The notes: generated by a model not told the origin, from the letters alone. A DNA stretch of 64,000 bases from an uncultured Planctomycetota bacterium (GCA_963823665.1 CAWGMQ010000006.1:608001-672000), one strand, 5' to 3'; counted from the stretch's first letter, positions 30,465 through 40,708 are shown. Program-made: numbers and translations.

Positions 30465-31421
30465 TCATCTGGATGAGCCGTACAGCAGCTTCCAGAGCTT
30501 CAGTAAGAGCGAGTCACGCCGCGAGCGCCGGGCGGTGAGACGCTCGGGCGGATAGTTGTAGAAGCCCTGGCCGGTCTTGATGCCAAGGCGTCCGCCGGCC
30601 ACGAGCTGTTCGATCGCGGCTGGCACAGCGGTGACACTACGAATCTCGGGAATGAGATTGCGGTAGGTGGTGAGCTGGATATCCAGGCCGGCGAAGTCGT
30701 GAATCTCGAGCGGTCCCATGGCGGCGAACCGAAAGCCGATCGTGCCTCGAATTGCCGCGTCGATTTCCTCGGGAGTCGCAACGCCCTGGTCGACCAGGTC
30801 CCACACCTCACGCTGTATGGCGACCTGTATGCGGTTGACGAGAAAGCCGGGCAATTCACGTCGCAAGTGGATCGGCAGCTTGCCGATGGCTCGGAGCAAC
30901 CGCATCGTCTTTTCGACCACATCCTTGCCCGTGCGCGGACTGGGGACCACCTCAACGACTGGGGTCAGATGGGGCGGATTGAACCAGTGCGTCACGAGGG
31001 CGCGTTCCGGATGCTCGAGCAGACTGCCCGATTGCGAAATGGGAAAGCTCGACGAGTTGCTCGCCAGGATCGTCTCGGGAGTCACAGTCCGCTCGAGTCG
31101 CGCCAGCAGAGCCTGTTTGGCGGCCAGGTCTTCAGGAATCGCTTCCGTCACGAATTGTGCATCGGACACAGCCTCGGCTTCCGTTCCGGCCGTGAGCAGG
31201 CGGGCAACGATTGGTTCGACGTCGCGCGACTCGACCAGGCCGGCGTCGACGAATGCCGCCAGGTTGACGCGGACACGCTCGATAAACGAGTCACGAGTGG
31301 TTGCCGACTCGTCAAAGCAAGCGACCTCATATCCAGCCAGCGCGAACGTCTGGGCTATGCCATGCCCCATCGTCCCCAGCCCGAGGATCGCGACCCGGTG
31401 AATGCCGCCCTGCTCTTTCAT
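30465..31421 (-). CDS. 3-hydroxyacyl-CoA dehydrogenase family protein
   Basis: GLGTMGHGIA, EAIPEDLAAKQ, ASNSSS, HWFNPPHL, PGFLVNRIQ, GIKTGQGFY; alternative TTG start at 31460. Confidence 0.9.
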   Translation of the reverse strand: MKEQGGIHRVAILGLGTMGHGIAQTFALAGYEVACFDESATTRDSFIERVRVNLAAFVDAGLVESRDVEPIVARLLTAGTEAEAVSDAQFVTEAIPEDLAAKQALLARLERTVTPETILASNSSSFPISQSGSLLEHPERALVTHWFNPPHLTPVVEVVPSPRTGKDVVEKTMRLLRAIGKLPIHLRRELPGFLVNRIQVAIQREVWDLVDQGVATPEEIDAAIRGTIGFRFAAMGPLEIHDFAGLDIQLTTYRNLIPEIRSVTAVPAAIEQLVAGGRLGIKTGQGFYNYPPERLTARRSRRDSLLLKLWKLLYGSSR

Positions 31422-31456
31422 GATCTTCTTCACCCTGTCAGTGCCACATTCGCGGT

Positions 31457-33139
31457 TCAAGCACCCACATAGCCCCAGGGAGCAATTGCATCAATATCGC
31501 TCAATACCTCAACCACACAAGGCCGCCGGGCCGCGAAAGCCTGGTCGAGGGCGCCTGCGATTTCACCAGGCTTCTCGACGCGAATGCCCCTGGCGCCCAT
31601 CGTCTCGGCCACGGCGGCGAAGCTGACATCACTGAATTTCCACAACTCGGCGTGGTTCCGCTCCAGTTGCCCGCCATAGGCATCTTTGTAGATATCAATC
31701 TCCATATTCAGCGACCGGTTGTTGTTGACCAGCAGGACGGCGCAGATGTTCCAGCGCACGGCCGTTTCCAGCTCGCTCAGGTGGTACCAGAAGCCGCCGT
31801 CGCCGGAGAACAGGAGGATCGGCCGCTCGGGAGCGGCCAGCTTGGCCCCGAGTGCCGCTGGCAAGCCCCACCCGAGCGAACCCGCCGCCCGGATGTAGCT
31901 CTGGCCGGGCCGGTTCAGGTCGAGCATCGCGCCGGTCCACATGCCGGCATGTCCGGTTTCGGAGACGACCAGGGTGTCCTCCGGCAGAATTCGGCTGAGC
32001 TCTTGGCAGAGTCGCTCGGGCCGAATCGGCACGGCGCTCGAATCTGCCTGCGGTGCGACTTCGGTGCGCCAATCACGCGCGAGTGCCTGAACCTGCTCGA
32101 CCCACTCGCGGCGACTGGCAGCCGTGCTTGCGTCGCTCGCTTCGATCAAGCCGCGGAGCCCGAGCCGGGCATCGCCCCAGAGTGAGACGCGATTGGGATA
32201 ATGCCGCCCGAGCTCGGCCGGATTGATATCCAGTTGGATGACGGTCGTGCCCGGCCGCGGCACCTGCCACCTGGCGGTAACCTGGCTGCCGGTATGGCTG
32301 CCGACATAGAACACGAGGTCCGCGGCCAGCACGCTACGATTGGCGCTTTGTCGCGCGTAAGTGCCCACGACTCCGACGTTGAGTGGATGGTCGCCCGGGA
32401 GCAGCTCCTTGGCGTTCAGCGAGGTGGCGACGGGGATCGCCAGCCGTTCGGCCAGCTCGCGCAGCTCGGCGCCGGCGTTTGAAGTGCGCGCGCCACCGCC
32501 GGCCACGATGATCGGACGGTGCGCCGCGCCGAGCCGTTGTGCCGCTTCCGCGAGCGCCTGCGGGTCGGGCGCGATTCGCAGGGGCGGCACGCTGCCGAAC
32601 TGCGGCTCGGCGATCACCTCGAGGTCGGCCGATTCTTGCTCGAGCTCGCCCTGATGGCCCGCGAGCTCCAGATGGGCAGGCCCCGGCGAGCCCGTCGTTG
32701 CCGCGCGGAACGCTTGGCGCAGCGTGTCGGGCAGCCGCGTCACCGTTTCGACGCGCGCGCTGTACTTGGTCACCGGTTTGAAGAGCGGGAAATCTTCGAT
32801 CTCTTGATAGACGTGGCGACTTCTCGATTGCGCATATGGACCGCCGGTCAATACCACCAGCGGGGAACAGGCGAGATAGGGGTCGCGCAGGCCGGCCGCC
32901 AGGTTTGCGGCGCCGATGCACTGGGCGAAGCTCACGCCCACGCGTCCAGACGCGCGGGCATAGCCATCCGCCATGTAGACGGCTGCTTTCTCCCCATGCG
33001 TCAGGATTCGCTTGATGGGGGTGCGCCGGTCAAGCTCAGCCAGCGTGTGGCTGAGGATCGCCGGCACGAAAAAGACGTGAGTGACGCCGTAGGCGTGCAG
33101 GCTGTCCGCGAGAAACTGAGCACCTGTCTGTCGCGACAT
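31457..33139 (-). CDS. Thiamine diphosphate-dependent enzyme (acetolactate synthase large subunit-like)
   Basis: TGAQFLA, HGEKAAVYMADGYARASG, GSLGWGLPAALGAK, ThDP motif GDGG...NN. Confidence 0.9.
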   Translation of the reverse strand: MSRQTGAQFLADSLHAYGVTHVFFVPAILSHTLAELDRRTPIKRILTHGEKAAVYMADGYARASGRVGVSFAQCIGAANLAAGLRDPYLACSPLVVLTGGPYAQSRSRHVYQEIEDFPLFKPVTKYSARVETVTRLPDTLRQAFRAATTGSPGPAHLELAGHQGELEQESADLEVIAEPQFGSVPPLRIAPDPQALAEAAQRLGAAHRPIIVAGGGARTSNAGAELRELAERLAIPVATSLNAKELLPGDHPLNVGVVGTYARQSANRSVLAADLVFYVGSHTGSQVTARWQVPRPGTTVIQLDINPAELGRHYPNRVSLWGDARLGLRGLIEASDASTAASRREWVEQVQALARDWRTEVAPQADSSAVPIRPERLCQELSRILPEDTLVVSETGHAGMWTGAMLDLNRPGQSYIRAAGSLGWGLPAALGAKLAAPERPILLFSGDGGFWYHLSELETAVRWNICAVLLVNNNRSLNMEIDIYKDAYGGQLERNHAELWKFSDVSFAAVAETMGARGIRVEKPGEIAGALDQAFAARRPCVVEVLSDIDAIAPWGYVGA

Positions 33140-33188
33140 GGACGGCCCCGAATGAGTCAATGCCTGGAAATGGATGGAACGGATCGCA

Positions 33189-33962
33189 TTATCGCAGGAC
33201 TTCGACATTGCCGCACACAGAGAGCGATTGTCCGCTGATATTGCGAGCGGTGGGAGAGCAGAGGAACAGGGCCATTGCCGCCACGTCCGCGTGCGTGACC
33301 ATCCGGCGCAGGGAGACCTGTTCGAGATACCGGCTTTCCATTTCGTCGCAGGAAAGGCCCAGTGCTTCGGCCCGCGCGGCGATCACGCGGCGAATTCGCT
33401 CGCCCTCAACGAATCCAGGCAAGAGGGCATTCACTCGAATGTCGTGCGGCCCAAGCTCGATGGCCAGGCTCTCGGTGAAGCCAATGACTGCCCATTTTGA
33501 GGCCGCGTAGGGCGCTCGCAGCGGATAACCCAGTCGGCCGGCGACGGACGACATATTGATGATCGAGCCGCCGCCGGCCGCCTTGAGGAGCGGGACCGCG
33601 CGGCGAGCGCACAGGAACTGGCCCGTGATGTTCACTGCCAGCGTGCGCGACCAGTCGTCGGGATTGATATCCTCGACGGGTGCCGTGGGACCGGCGATAC
33701 CGGCATTGTTCACGAGCACATCCATCCCGCCGAGACGTTGCCCAAGATCAGCAAAGACCAGATCGATTTGCGGCGCGCTGGCAACGTCGGCGACAGTCCC
33801 GGTCATTTCGGGTTTTCGAGAGAGGGCCTCGGCCAGAAGCTCGGGCGAGGCGTCGCAGAGATGGACTCGGGCACCTTGTTCTTGCAGGCAAACGGCGATC
33901 GCCCAGCCGATGCCCGAAGCGCCGCCCGTCACGAGAACTCTCAGTCCGGGTTGAATCATCAT
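33189..33962 (-). CDS. SDR family oxidoreductase
   Basis: VTGGASGIG, VNNAGIAGP, YAASK; start overlaps the MFS stop codon. Confidence 0.92.
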   Translation of the reverse strand: MMIQPGLRVLVTGGASGIGWAIAVCLQEQGARVHLCDASPELLAEALSRKPEMTGTVADVASAPQIDLVFADLGQRLGGMDVLVNNAGIAGPTAPVEDINPDDWSRTLAVNITGQFLCARRAVPLLKAAGGGSIINMSSVAGRLGYPLRAPYAASKWAVIGFTESLAIELGPHDIRVNALLPGFVEGERIRRVIAARAEALGLSCDEMESRYLEQVSLRRMVTHADVAAMALFLCSPTARNISGQSLSVCGNVEVLR

Positions 33963-35290
33963 TGCGCCTTCGCGACAAGTTTCGGGGAAGGGCTCCGCGA
34001 GCCTGGCCAGAAACGCCACAAGACGACGCACGAAACGAGCGGCACCCAACCGATCAGCGCGAGCCCAAGATCGAAGGATCCTGTGGCGTCAATATAACGG
34101 CCGAACACCGGATGAAGTACCGACAGGGCCAGCCAGGCCGATGTTCCCAAGACACCGATAACCTTGCCCTGATGTCTGGAACTCAGCTCCTGGCTCAGAG
34201 CGTAGAAGAACGGAAACAGCCCCAGACTGCCGCATCCCACCACGAGCAGCACGGCCAGAAGCGCGAGACCCTTGGGCAAGAAGGCCGCGAGCGTAGCACA
34301 CGCGGTGAGCATGCAGCAGGCGACGTAGACGAGCAGGCGGGCTCGCGCGGGCGAGACGCCCCGACGCTGCAAAGCGAGTGCGATTGCACCCGTTGCGAGG
34401 CAACCGATGTCCGCGGCAACGTAAAACGCCGCATTGAAGCGCAGCATCGCTCGTTCGCTGTAGCCGCGCCCGTTCTGCAAGAATAGCGGCTGCCAGACAC
34501 GCAACATGTGCCAGCATAGATTGACGCATATAGCGACACACAAGACGACGGCGAAACGCGCTGAAAAGAGAATCTGCCAGAACGAGGGCTCGTGTTCGAG
34601 GCTTCCCCGCGCGGCATCGCTCGCTCGAGCCACGCCATCGCGCGGCAGCTCGAGGTCGGCGCTTTTGACCGACGCAAGCCACAAGACAACCCACAACAGC
34701 CCGACGGCGCCGATCACCAGAAATGCCAATCGCCAGCTCCCTGTGAGGTCGGTCAGGAGGAGACCCACGACCAAGGGGGTCAGCATCGCACCGATTGCGC
34801 CGCCGCTTTGCAGGATGCCACTTCCCAGCGACCGCTCTGCCGGCGGCAGCAAGCGCTGAACGGTCTTGATTCCGCACGGCCAGTTTCCCCCTTCAAACAA
34901 GCCGAGAAGGATGCGGCAGACCAGCAAGCCTGCAAATGTATCCATCAACCCCGTGGCGAACCCCATCAAGGACCAACAGGCCAGCAAGAGAGGGTAGAAC
35001 CAGCGGACATTGACCCGGTCGGCAAGAATTCCCATCAGCGTTTGCCCGGCGGCGAACGCGAACCCGAAACCGGTTTCGAGCCAGGCGTAATCTTCATTCT
35101 TGAGCTGCAACTCAGACATGATGCGCTTGGCGGTGACGCTCAGTGCCTGGCGATCCATGTAGTTCACGACGGTCGCCAGCATGAGCAGCCCGCAGATCCA
35201 CCACGCCCAGGCGCGCGAACGCGCGGACGATGCACCCGAGGCGAGGTGTCCCAGGAGATCAGCAGGGGCATCAGGCGGGTGCGGGGTCAT
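33959..35290 (-). CDS. MFS transporter (ACS/hexuronate transporter-like)
   Basis: ATVVNYMDRQALS, GILADR, RILLGLFEGGNWP, about 12 TM segments. Confidence 0.9.
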   Translation of the reverse strand: MTPHPPDAPADLLGHLASGASSARSRAWAWWICGLLMLATVVNYMDRQALSVTAKRIMSELQLKNEDYAWLETGFGFAFAAGQTLMGILADRVNVRWFYPLLLACWSLMGFATGLMDTFAGLLVCRILLGLFEGGNWPCGIKTVQRLLPPAERSLGSGILQSGGAIGAMLTPLVVGLLLTDLTGSWRLAFLVIGAVGLLWVVLWLASVKSADLELPRDGVARASDAARGSLEHEPSFWQILFSARFAVVLCVAICVNLCWHMLRVWQPLFLQNGRGYSERAMLRFNAAFYVAADIGCLATGAIALALQRRGVSPARARLLVYVACCMLTACATLAAFLPKGLALLAVLLVVGCGSLGLFPFFYALSQELSSRHQGKVIGVLGTSAWLALSVLHPVFGRYIDATGSFDLGLALIGWVPLVSCVVLWRFWPGSRSPSPKLVAKAQ

Positions 35291-35321
35291 GAGACGACGA
35301 CGCTCGCGACGCGTTCAAAGG

Positions 35322-35645
35322 CGTTACGTGCAAAGAACGTAGGCTATCGGTGTGGTGTGCTCATTGCAAGCAGACGAAAGGGGTGAGCGCTCGGCATTGG
35401 TGCAAAGGCTGTTAGGAACAGGCCGGGAATAACATTGCCGAATTGTCGGCCTGCGCTCCACGAGGGCCGACATTCTCGCATCCGAAGCGACCAGGTCTGA
35501 CGTTTTGGATATAATGCCATGATGGTCGTTGGCTTCGCCGGTCGCGATTCCTTAAGTACAGCATAATCCGGAGTGTGAGATGCCTCCCGAAAAGCAAACC
35601 CAAAATCCAAATTCGAGCAATAGCCAAGGAACTTCGACCGGCAAC
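35322..35645. repeat. Copy 1 of a duplicated divergent-promoter/small-ORF cassette (copy 2 at 37242-37637)
   Basis: Blocks GTTACGTG...GTGGTGTGCTCA.TGCAAGCAGA, GGATATAAT and AATCCAAATTCGAGCA..AGCCAAGGAACTTCGACCGG occur in both copies. Confidence 0.85.
35341..35369 (-). promoter_or_regulatory. Sigma70-type promoter upstream of the MFS operon
   Basis: TTGCAA(35369-35364)-N17-TAGCCT(35346-35341); conserved in copy 2 as TTGCAT-N17-TAGGCT. Confidence 0.65.
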
Positions 35646-35672
35646 CTTCTTAGCCTCGCGGCCTGTCGCTAA
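35580..35672 (+). pseudogene. Truncated paralogue (30 aa) of the Ser/Thr-rich small protein at 37573
   Basis: MPPEKQTQNPNSSNSQGTSTGN then diverges; TATAAT at 35510 and a GGAG RBS upstream. Confidence 0.5.
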
Positions 35673-36015
35673 GCTCAATTCGGAATTATGAGGGCGACCT
35701 TTGCGCCGATCTTGAAGGAGAGCCGGTTCCAACGAGAGTGGTGTTCGATCGACTCCAATTGGTCAGCGCGTTAACCGAGTGTCCACCGCGGCCACGCTCT
35801 TGGGATCGAAGGTCAGGAGATTGCTGCCGGTTGGTCCGGCCAGCAGAGCCAACCAATACCGGATTGCGCACCATCGTATTCTATCGAGTCAACGCGGGCC
35901 GGGTAATTCGTTTAGTTCGTTTCGCGATAATAGTGGACTGACCGAGATTTCCCGCCCACCAACCGGTGCCGTCAAACGCGATTTCACCACCATCGCTTGA
36001 TCAATTACGTAGGCG

Positions 36016-36399
36016 TCAGGTCGCATTGGGAAGTGGCCTCTGCCACGTCTGGTACAAGGCCTGGCGCTCCTGCAACAAGAATTCCTCCTCATCGGCCTTT
36101 GTCCCGGTTAGGCGGCCGAGTTTCCTTGTCAGGTAGAAGTGTCCGCTGCCGGGCCGCCCGCTAGCGCTAACCACCAAAGCGCTGAGCATCGGCCGTCCCC
36201 GATTCACCTCGTCTTCTGAGATCTCTCCGAGCAGGTGTCCGATTTCCTTCACCAGATGCTCTCCGCGAATCGGTAATCCCAGAACGACCGCGAGATGTTG
36301 GTAAGTCGAGAGTCCCCGGAACTCGGCGGCACGCACGAGCTCGGCCAAAACGCGCGTGTATTCCGTAGTTCCCCGGTAGCGATCCTCAACAATCGGCAT
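36016..36399 (-). CDS. Small conserved hypothetical protein, probably winged-helix
   Basis: Clean 127-aa ORF with GGAGG RBS; motif TYQHLA...LGEIS...GRPMLSALVV...GRPGSGHF. Confidence 0.65.
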   Translation of the reverse strand: MPIVEDRYRGTTEYTRVLAELVRAAEFRGLSTYQHLAVVLGLPIRGEHLVKEIGHLLGEISEDEVNRGRPMLSALVVSASGRPGSGHFYLTRKLGRLTGTKADEEEFLLQERQALYQTWQRPLPNAT

Positions 36400-36811
36400 G
36401 GCTTAATGCCCTCCGCCTCGGATCCAGTTTTGTTCAAACGATCCGGTATCGCGACGGAATCAGTTGAATCTCGAGGTCCCGGGAAAACTCCTATTCGCAC
36501 CGCCGAACCGAGCGTTCCCGTCGACCTCGCATCCGCGTGATAATCCATTTCGGCGTGACCGACATCTACGCCGGCTTCGCCTGGACCTCGCGTGGCAGAC
36601 GCGGCCGACCACCTCGCCCGCTTTGGGCGGCGCAGGCTAAACTGCCGAGCGACACCCGGTTCCGCCGACCAAACTCCGCCTACGAAGGATCAACCTTGAG
36701 TGTAACACTCGCAGCTCGCGCGATCCAGATATTGCTCGCCTGGGAGGGAAACGGCTGCGTTTTGAATATCCGCTTTTGCCGGCGGACTGCGGTTTCTGAT
36801 CCTTCATTCAC

Positions 36812-37219
36812 CGTATTGGCTCCGCCTACCCCTTGGTCTCATACATGGCGGCATCCCAACTGTCGGTCCCCTGCACGGCCGTGCCTCGTCGCATGCGTTT
36901 GGGCGGTGCCAGGCGTCCGCCTCCGGTTCGAGAACGTTGTCGCTCCCTTGCTTGGCCTCGACTACGAATCAGGCGCGCTTGTAAAGATCGATCCGCTTGA
37001 CTGTGGTGGACCCATCGGGATTGGGGAACGGCACTGCGCGCCGAACACGTAAGCGTTGTTCTCGTCGTCTGGCCTCGATAGGTCGGGTCGGGCGACTGCG
37101 AGCAGGTCGCATAGCTCGTTCAAAAACATCGAATAGTTTGCTCGCTCCGCCGCGCCCGAGGCCTCCCATCGCCGGAAGCACTCGTCCATCGCGGGCGGAA
37201 CAGCGGTCGGATCAGCCAC
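36812..37219 (-). pseudogene. N-terminal remnant of an MmeI-like (type IIL/IIG) restriction-modification enzyme
   Basis: RWEASGAAERANYSMFLNELCDLL, AYVF/RAVPF, RIDLYKRA*FVVEAKQG, RGTAVQGTDSWDAAM..KG*AE; two nonsense codons (36969, about 36826) plus frameshifts. Confidence 0.85.
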
Positions 37220-37241
37220 GGCACCTCGTAACTTCGAAGAG

Positions 37242-37637
37242 GTTACGTGTACAGAACGTAGCCTATCGGCGTGGTGTGCTCAATGCAAGCAGATGGCGTG
37301 AGGCCGCGGCGCCTGCGCGATTATCGGACCTCCGGTAGGAGAGATCAGTCCGACGGACAATTGGCGCCGGAGGTGGTGCCCGCGTCGATCTGAGTCGCCG
37401 CTTATCCAATTTCGACTCCGGCCATACAACATAACAGCTCCTTTGGAAACGGATTACTCTGATTGCGTCACATGGAATCCTCACATCCGCGGCGACGCGG
37501 TTTTGCGTTTCGGATATAATATCAGCACAGTCCTCGGCGATTCCTTACGTGCTGCATTATCAGAGGTGCGAGATGCCTTCCGAAAACCAAACCCAGAATC
37601 CAAATTCGAGCACCAGCCAAGGAACTTCGACCGGAAA
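37242..37637. repeat. Copy 2 of the divergent-promoter/small-ORF cassette
   Basis: Leftward TTGCAT(37288-37283)-N17-TAGGCT(37265-37260); rightward GCGAC-N18-TATAAT(37515-37520); homologous to 35322-35645. Confidence 0.85.
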
Positions 37638-37767
37638 CTCGGCTTCCACCACTACCACCTCGTCCCAGGGGCTGATCGGTCAGGCGGGTGTCGCCCCGAG
37701 TGGCACCGTGGAAAGAAGCGGGACGTATTCCGGGACCACCGGCCAGAGCGGTAGGACGAGCCGCTAA
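37573..37767 (+). CDS. 64-aa Ser/Thr/Gly/Gln-rich small protein
   Basis: MPSENQTQNPNSSTSQGTSTGNSASTTTTSSQGLIGQAGVAPSGTVERSGTYSGTTGQSGRTSR; GAGG RBS, TATAAT promoter, in-frame paralogue at 35580. Confidence 0.6.
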   Translation: MPSENQTQNPNSSTSQGTSTGNSASTTTTSSQGLIGQAGVAPSGTVERSGTYSGTTGQSGRTSR

Positions 37768-38360
37768 CGGTGAAGGATTGAGCCAAGCAGCACGAGCAGG
37801 CCCATGATGAACGCCAGAGTCGATCGCGTGAGCAATCGGGCTTTCCAAGTCGTGAGGCTCCTCATCCCAAGAATAGCGACGTGATACGACGCCGCGGTCA
37901 CGCTTTCAACTTGGTGTTTGGCTGGCTTGGAGTTGAGCTCGGCAACGCTCAACAGCTCGCGCGGGCTCATAGGAATCGAACTTTTTTGCGGCGTCCGTAT
38001 CGTGATCGCGGTGAACAATGCCACGCAAAAGAGGGCAAGCCCAACCACTGCGAGCCAGGGGCGCTCGAAACTGATCAGTTTGGCTGCGACGGCTGCCAAA
38101 ATAGCCCCCCCGACAGTGGCCATGAATCGGAGGTGTTCGTCGGCTTTCTTGTCCAGGCCTTCTGAGATACTTATCATCAAGTAGTATTGTTTTTCAGCGA
38201 ATGCCGATACTATGCCGTAAACTTCTTCCTGGCCCGTGGGCACATATTCTTCTGCCCATCAGGTTGCTTCGATGAATTCAGAATCAAAGAGCGGCGAAGG
38301 CGGATAAACCCACGAACGCACCCATACTCTGATACGCACAATCGCCATCGCTGTTTTCAT
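37764..38360 (-). pseudogene. Three-TM membrane protein resembling the Pycsar PycTM/SLATT-like effector pattern, with an internal TGA at 38259-38261
   Basis: MKTAMA...FIEAT*WAEEYVPTG in one frame; LDKKA-TM-TM-RTP...KARLL-TM pattern. Confidence 0.5.
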
Positions 38361-38549
38361 GGGCTGTATCTTACCGACTGCGACTGCACCAAAGAAAGGT
38401 ACGCCCCGAGCGCCCGTGCTCGCACCCTGAAGCCCGGGCTGGTTGCGGCTCGAGGCCGCGTTCGGCAATAGGCAGTTGAACGAGTCGCGGACGTGTTGAA
38501 GACGCGAGAAGGATGGCCCGCGCGAGCAGCAAACAGGTGCGAACTTCGG

Positions 38550-38785
38550 TCACGTGGGGTCGGGACCCAGGAACTTCGGCCCGTTGAAATGGATCATGTG
38601 GTCCGGCGACTCAGCGATCCAGACTTCGGTTTCCCAAGCGATGTCGGCAGCGTATTTACGAAAATCGCTCATCGTGAGGAACGCCGTCACGTACACGCCC
38701 TGAGCCTGGCACTGGCCCAGGAATGACTCGATTTCCCGATGTCTTTTGGGTGAAACCGGCCCGTGCGATGTAACCGCCTCTAATC
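38550..38785 (-). pseudogene. C-terminal remnant of a BsuBI/PstI-family type II restriction endonuclease
   Basis: [42 protein letters not shown]-terminal part absent. Confidence 0.88.
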
Positions 38786-40323
38786 CCCAATACTTCCAGC
38801 ACGATCCGTTCAATCGCTGCCGGTTGATGGCCACCCAGCTTCTTCATCCGGCCGCCGATACCCGCAACTCGTTCGAGGGCGGGGAATCTGATCGACCTGA
38901 CGTCGGTCGCATTGACCTGAGTATTGCCGCTGATGACACGGAAATATCTGTCGAGCAGAGCCGAATTGAACAACGCCGTCAGGCCGTAGGTCTCTTCGGC
39001 CGTCAACTCGCGATCCGCGTGATAGACGTAGTTCAGATGATTCTCAAGCGCAAGATACGGCCGCGATTCCTCGGCGCGGAGCAACCAGCTTGCGGTCAGT
39101 CGTCGCCGTTCCTCCTTCGCGCTGAAGCGGCGCAGCAACACGTAGTTCCGCGTCGGCACCAGATGCTTTCGCGACGCTTCGCACACGCGAAATGCCGTCG
39201 GCTTACCGCGCCGCTCGAGCGGCCACACAGTTTCAAATGGCCGCACGTTGTGAGGCTCAAGCAGAGGCGCGGATCCTTCGTCGTCCGGCTTCACTAACAG
39301 AAACTCCTCAGCTCGAAATAGTACCACCGGTCCGGTCGACACCTGCAATCCTAGATCGGCAAACCGATCCGGCCATGATTCGACCGCGTCGACGACAGCG
39401 GCATCTTGAACTGTCGCCGGGATGCGTAGAATCATGTCGCCGGAGCTATCGTCCAGAACCTTGGCAGACGGCAGAGTCAGCTCCTCCAGCTTGGCCGGTA
39501 TATCGCGGCCCAAGCACGTCGTGATCGTCGTTGATGGAGCCGCCACCCCTGACCGCTGCGTGTGGGTAATCACGCTCTCCTGAAGGACGTTGTCAAAAGT
39601 GCTGCGCCGGCATTCAAAGAGGTGAACATGACGCAACGACACGCGCGAGAAGAACCACCGCCTGAAGTTCTTGAAATAAAGCCCGCTGCAGAAGCTTCGC
39701 GGCGTGATGGCCACCATCTCGCCGTTCACTCGCAGCAGTTCAGCCGCCCGAGCCATGAACAGCATGTAGATGTTGCTCTGACCTTGAAAAACGTCCTCCA
39801 TCGCGAGGGCATGAGCCGAACCAACGCCGACCTTGAAGTAAGGTGGATTCAGAATTGCAGCGTCAAATGGTTCCAGAGCTTCGTCGTCATCGAAAAGCTT
39901 ACGCTGCGCTCGCCGTACGCGCGTGCTCAAGATGAAATCTTGCCCATGTATCGTGTAACGCAGCTCGTGCCCGGCGCCCTCAAGAACTTCGCGGCAGTGC
40001 CGCATGTTTTCTTCGAGCAGCGGTAGCAGCGCTGCATCATCTTCGTACAGAACGATCTCGATAAGGCGAGGCGAGCGGAGTGTGAGCACCCGGTCGCAGA
40101 CCGCTGTCGCCAGTGAGCCAACTCCGGCTCCTGCATCCAGCAGTCTGAGGCGGTCGGGAATTCGCGTAAAGAGACCTGCCATGAAGGCGCAGATGCTCGG
40201 CGGTGTAAAGACCTGCCCCTTCTCCTTACGTGCATCTGCCGGCGTCGCGGCTTCGTGGCGCTGTTGAAGCTTCGCCGAATAGCTCAACAGGCTGTGCTGT
40301 GATGTTTGTTTTGCTAACTTCAT
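38656..40323 (-). CDS. N6-adenine DNA methyltransferase (BsuBI/PstI-Eco57I type); reads through into the nuclease remnant
   Basis: [63 protein letters not shown]. Confidence 0.93.
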   Translation of the reverse strand: MKLAKQTSQHSLLSYSAKLQQRHEAATPADARKEKGQVFTPPSICAFMAGLFTRIPDRLRLLDAGAGVGSLATAVCDRVLTLRSPRLIEIVLYEDDAALLPLLEENMRHCREVLEGAGHELRYTIHGQDFILSTRVRRAQRKLFDDDEALEPFDAAILNPPYFKVGVGSAHALAMEDVFQGQSNIYMLFMARAAELLRVNGEMVAITPRSFCSGLYFKNFRRWFFSRVSLRHVHLFECRRSTFDNVLQESVITHTQRSGVAAPSTTITTCLGRDIPAKLEELTLPSAKVLDDSSGDMILRIPATVQDAAVVDAVESWPDRFADLGLQVSTGPVVLFRAEEFLLVKPDDEGSAPLLEPHNVRPFETVWPLERRGKPTAFRVCEASRKHLVPTRNYVLLRRFSAKEERRRLTASWLLRAEESRPYLALENHLNYVYHADRELTAEETYGLTALFNSALLDRYFRVISGNTQVNATDVRSIRFPALERVAGIGGRMKKLGGHQPAAIERIVLEVLGIRGGYIARAGFTQKTSGNRVIPGPVPGSGRVRDGVPHDERFS

Positions 40324-40667
40324 CGGAGTGCATCATCCCAGTCGCTGTCCGACAATGATCGAACCGAATTGACCACACGTCGGTCGGCACCATCGATCCT
40401 CAATGGTGGATCGCAGGGCACAAGTATACTAATAGCCACTTCATTTTCGCCAGCCCCTATCACTGTGCGTTCAAAGACACACGCGTTCTTCTCGTCACCC
40501 GGCCCCGGCAGGCCGACGCCGGTGATTCGCGCCCGGCCAATCGCTGAGATTGACTCCGGCCGCTTGCGATCCGATGATTGAATCGACAATGATGTCCAAG
40601 CCGAGTCGGTTCTATGACGCTGAATACCGGCGTTGACCTGAAAACTCCCCACGCCCAGAACGATCAA
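40320..40667 (-). CDS. Hypothetical protein or gene fragment upstream of the methylase
   Basis: Only support is the ATGA stop/start overlap with the methylase; no recognisable motif. Confidence 0.25.
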   Translation of the reverse strand: MIVLGVGSFQVNAGIQRHRTDSAWTSLSIQSSDRKRPESISAIGRARITGVGLPGPGDEKNACVFERTVIGAGENEVAISILVPCDPPLRIDGADRRVVNSVRSLSDSDWDDALR

Positions 40668-40708
40668 GCCAAGGTCCGCGGGGCGCAGTCGGACACTGAA
40701 AAGCGGAC

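Noticed and set aside
35760..35880. PIN toxin fragment (LLTFD on the minus strand)
   Set aside because: Too short, with no other PIN motifs
36826..38261. Stop-codon recoding (in-frame TGA at 36969 and 38259, TAG near 36826)
   Set aside because: TGA and TAG end many intact genes in the window, and the MmeI-like remnant also has frameshifts and truncation, so these are nonsense mutations
9502..38360. A Pycsar system made of the class III cyclase and the PycTM-like gene
   Set aside because: The genes are about 26 kb apart, the cyclase has a TPR architecture, and the membrane gene is interrupted and only pattern-matched
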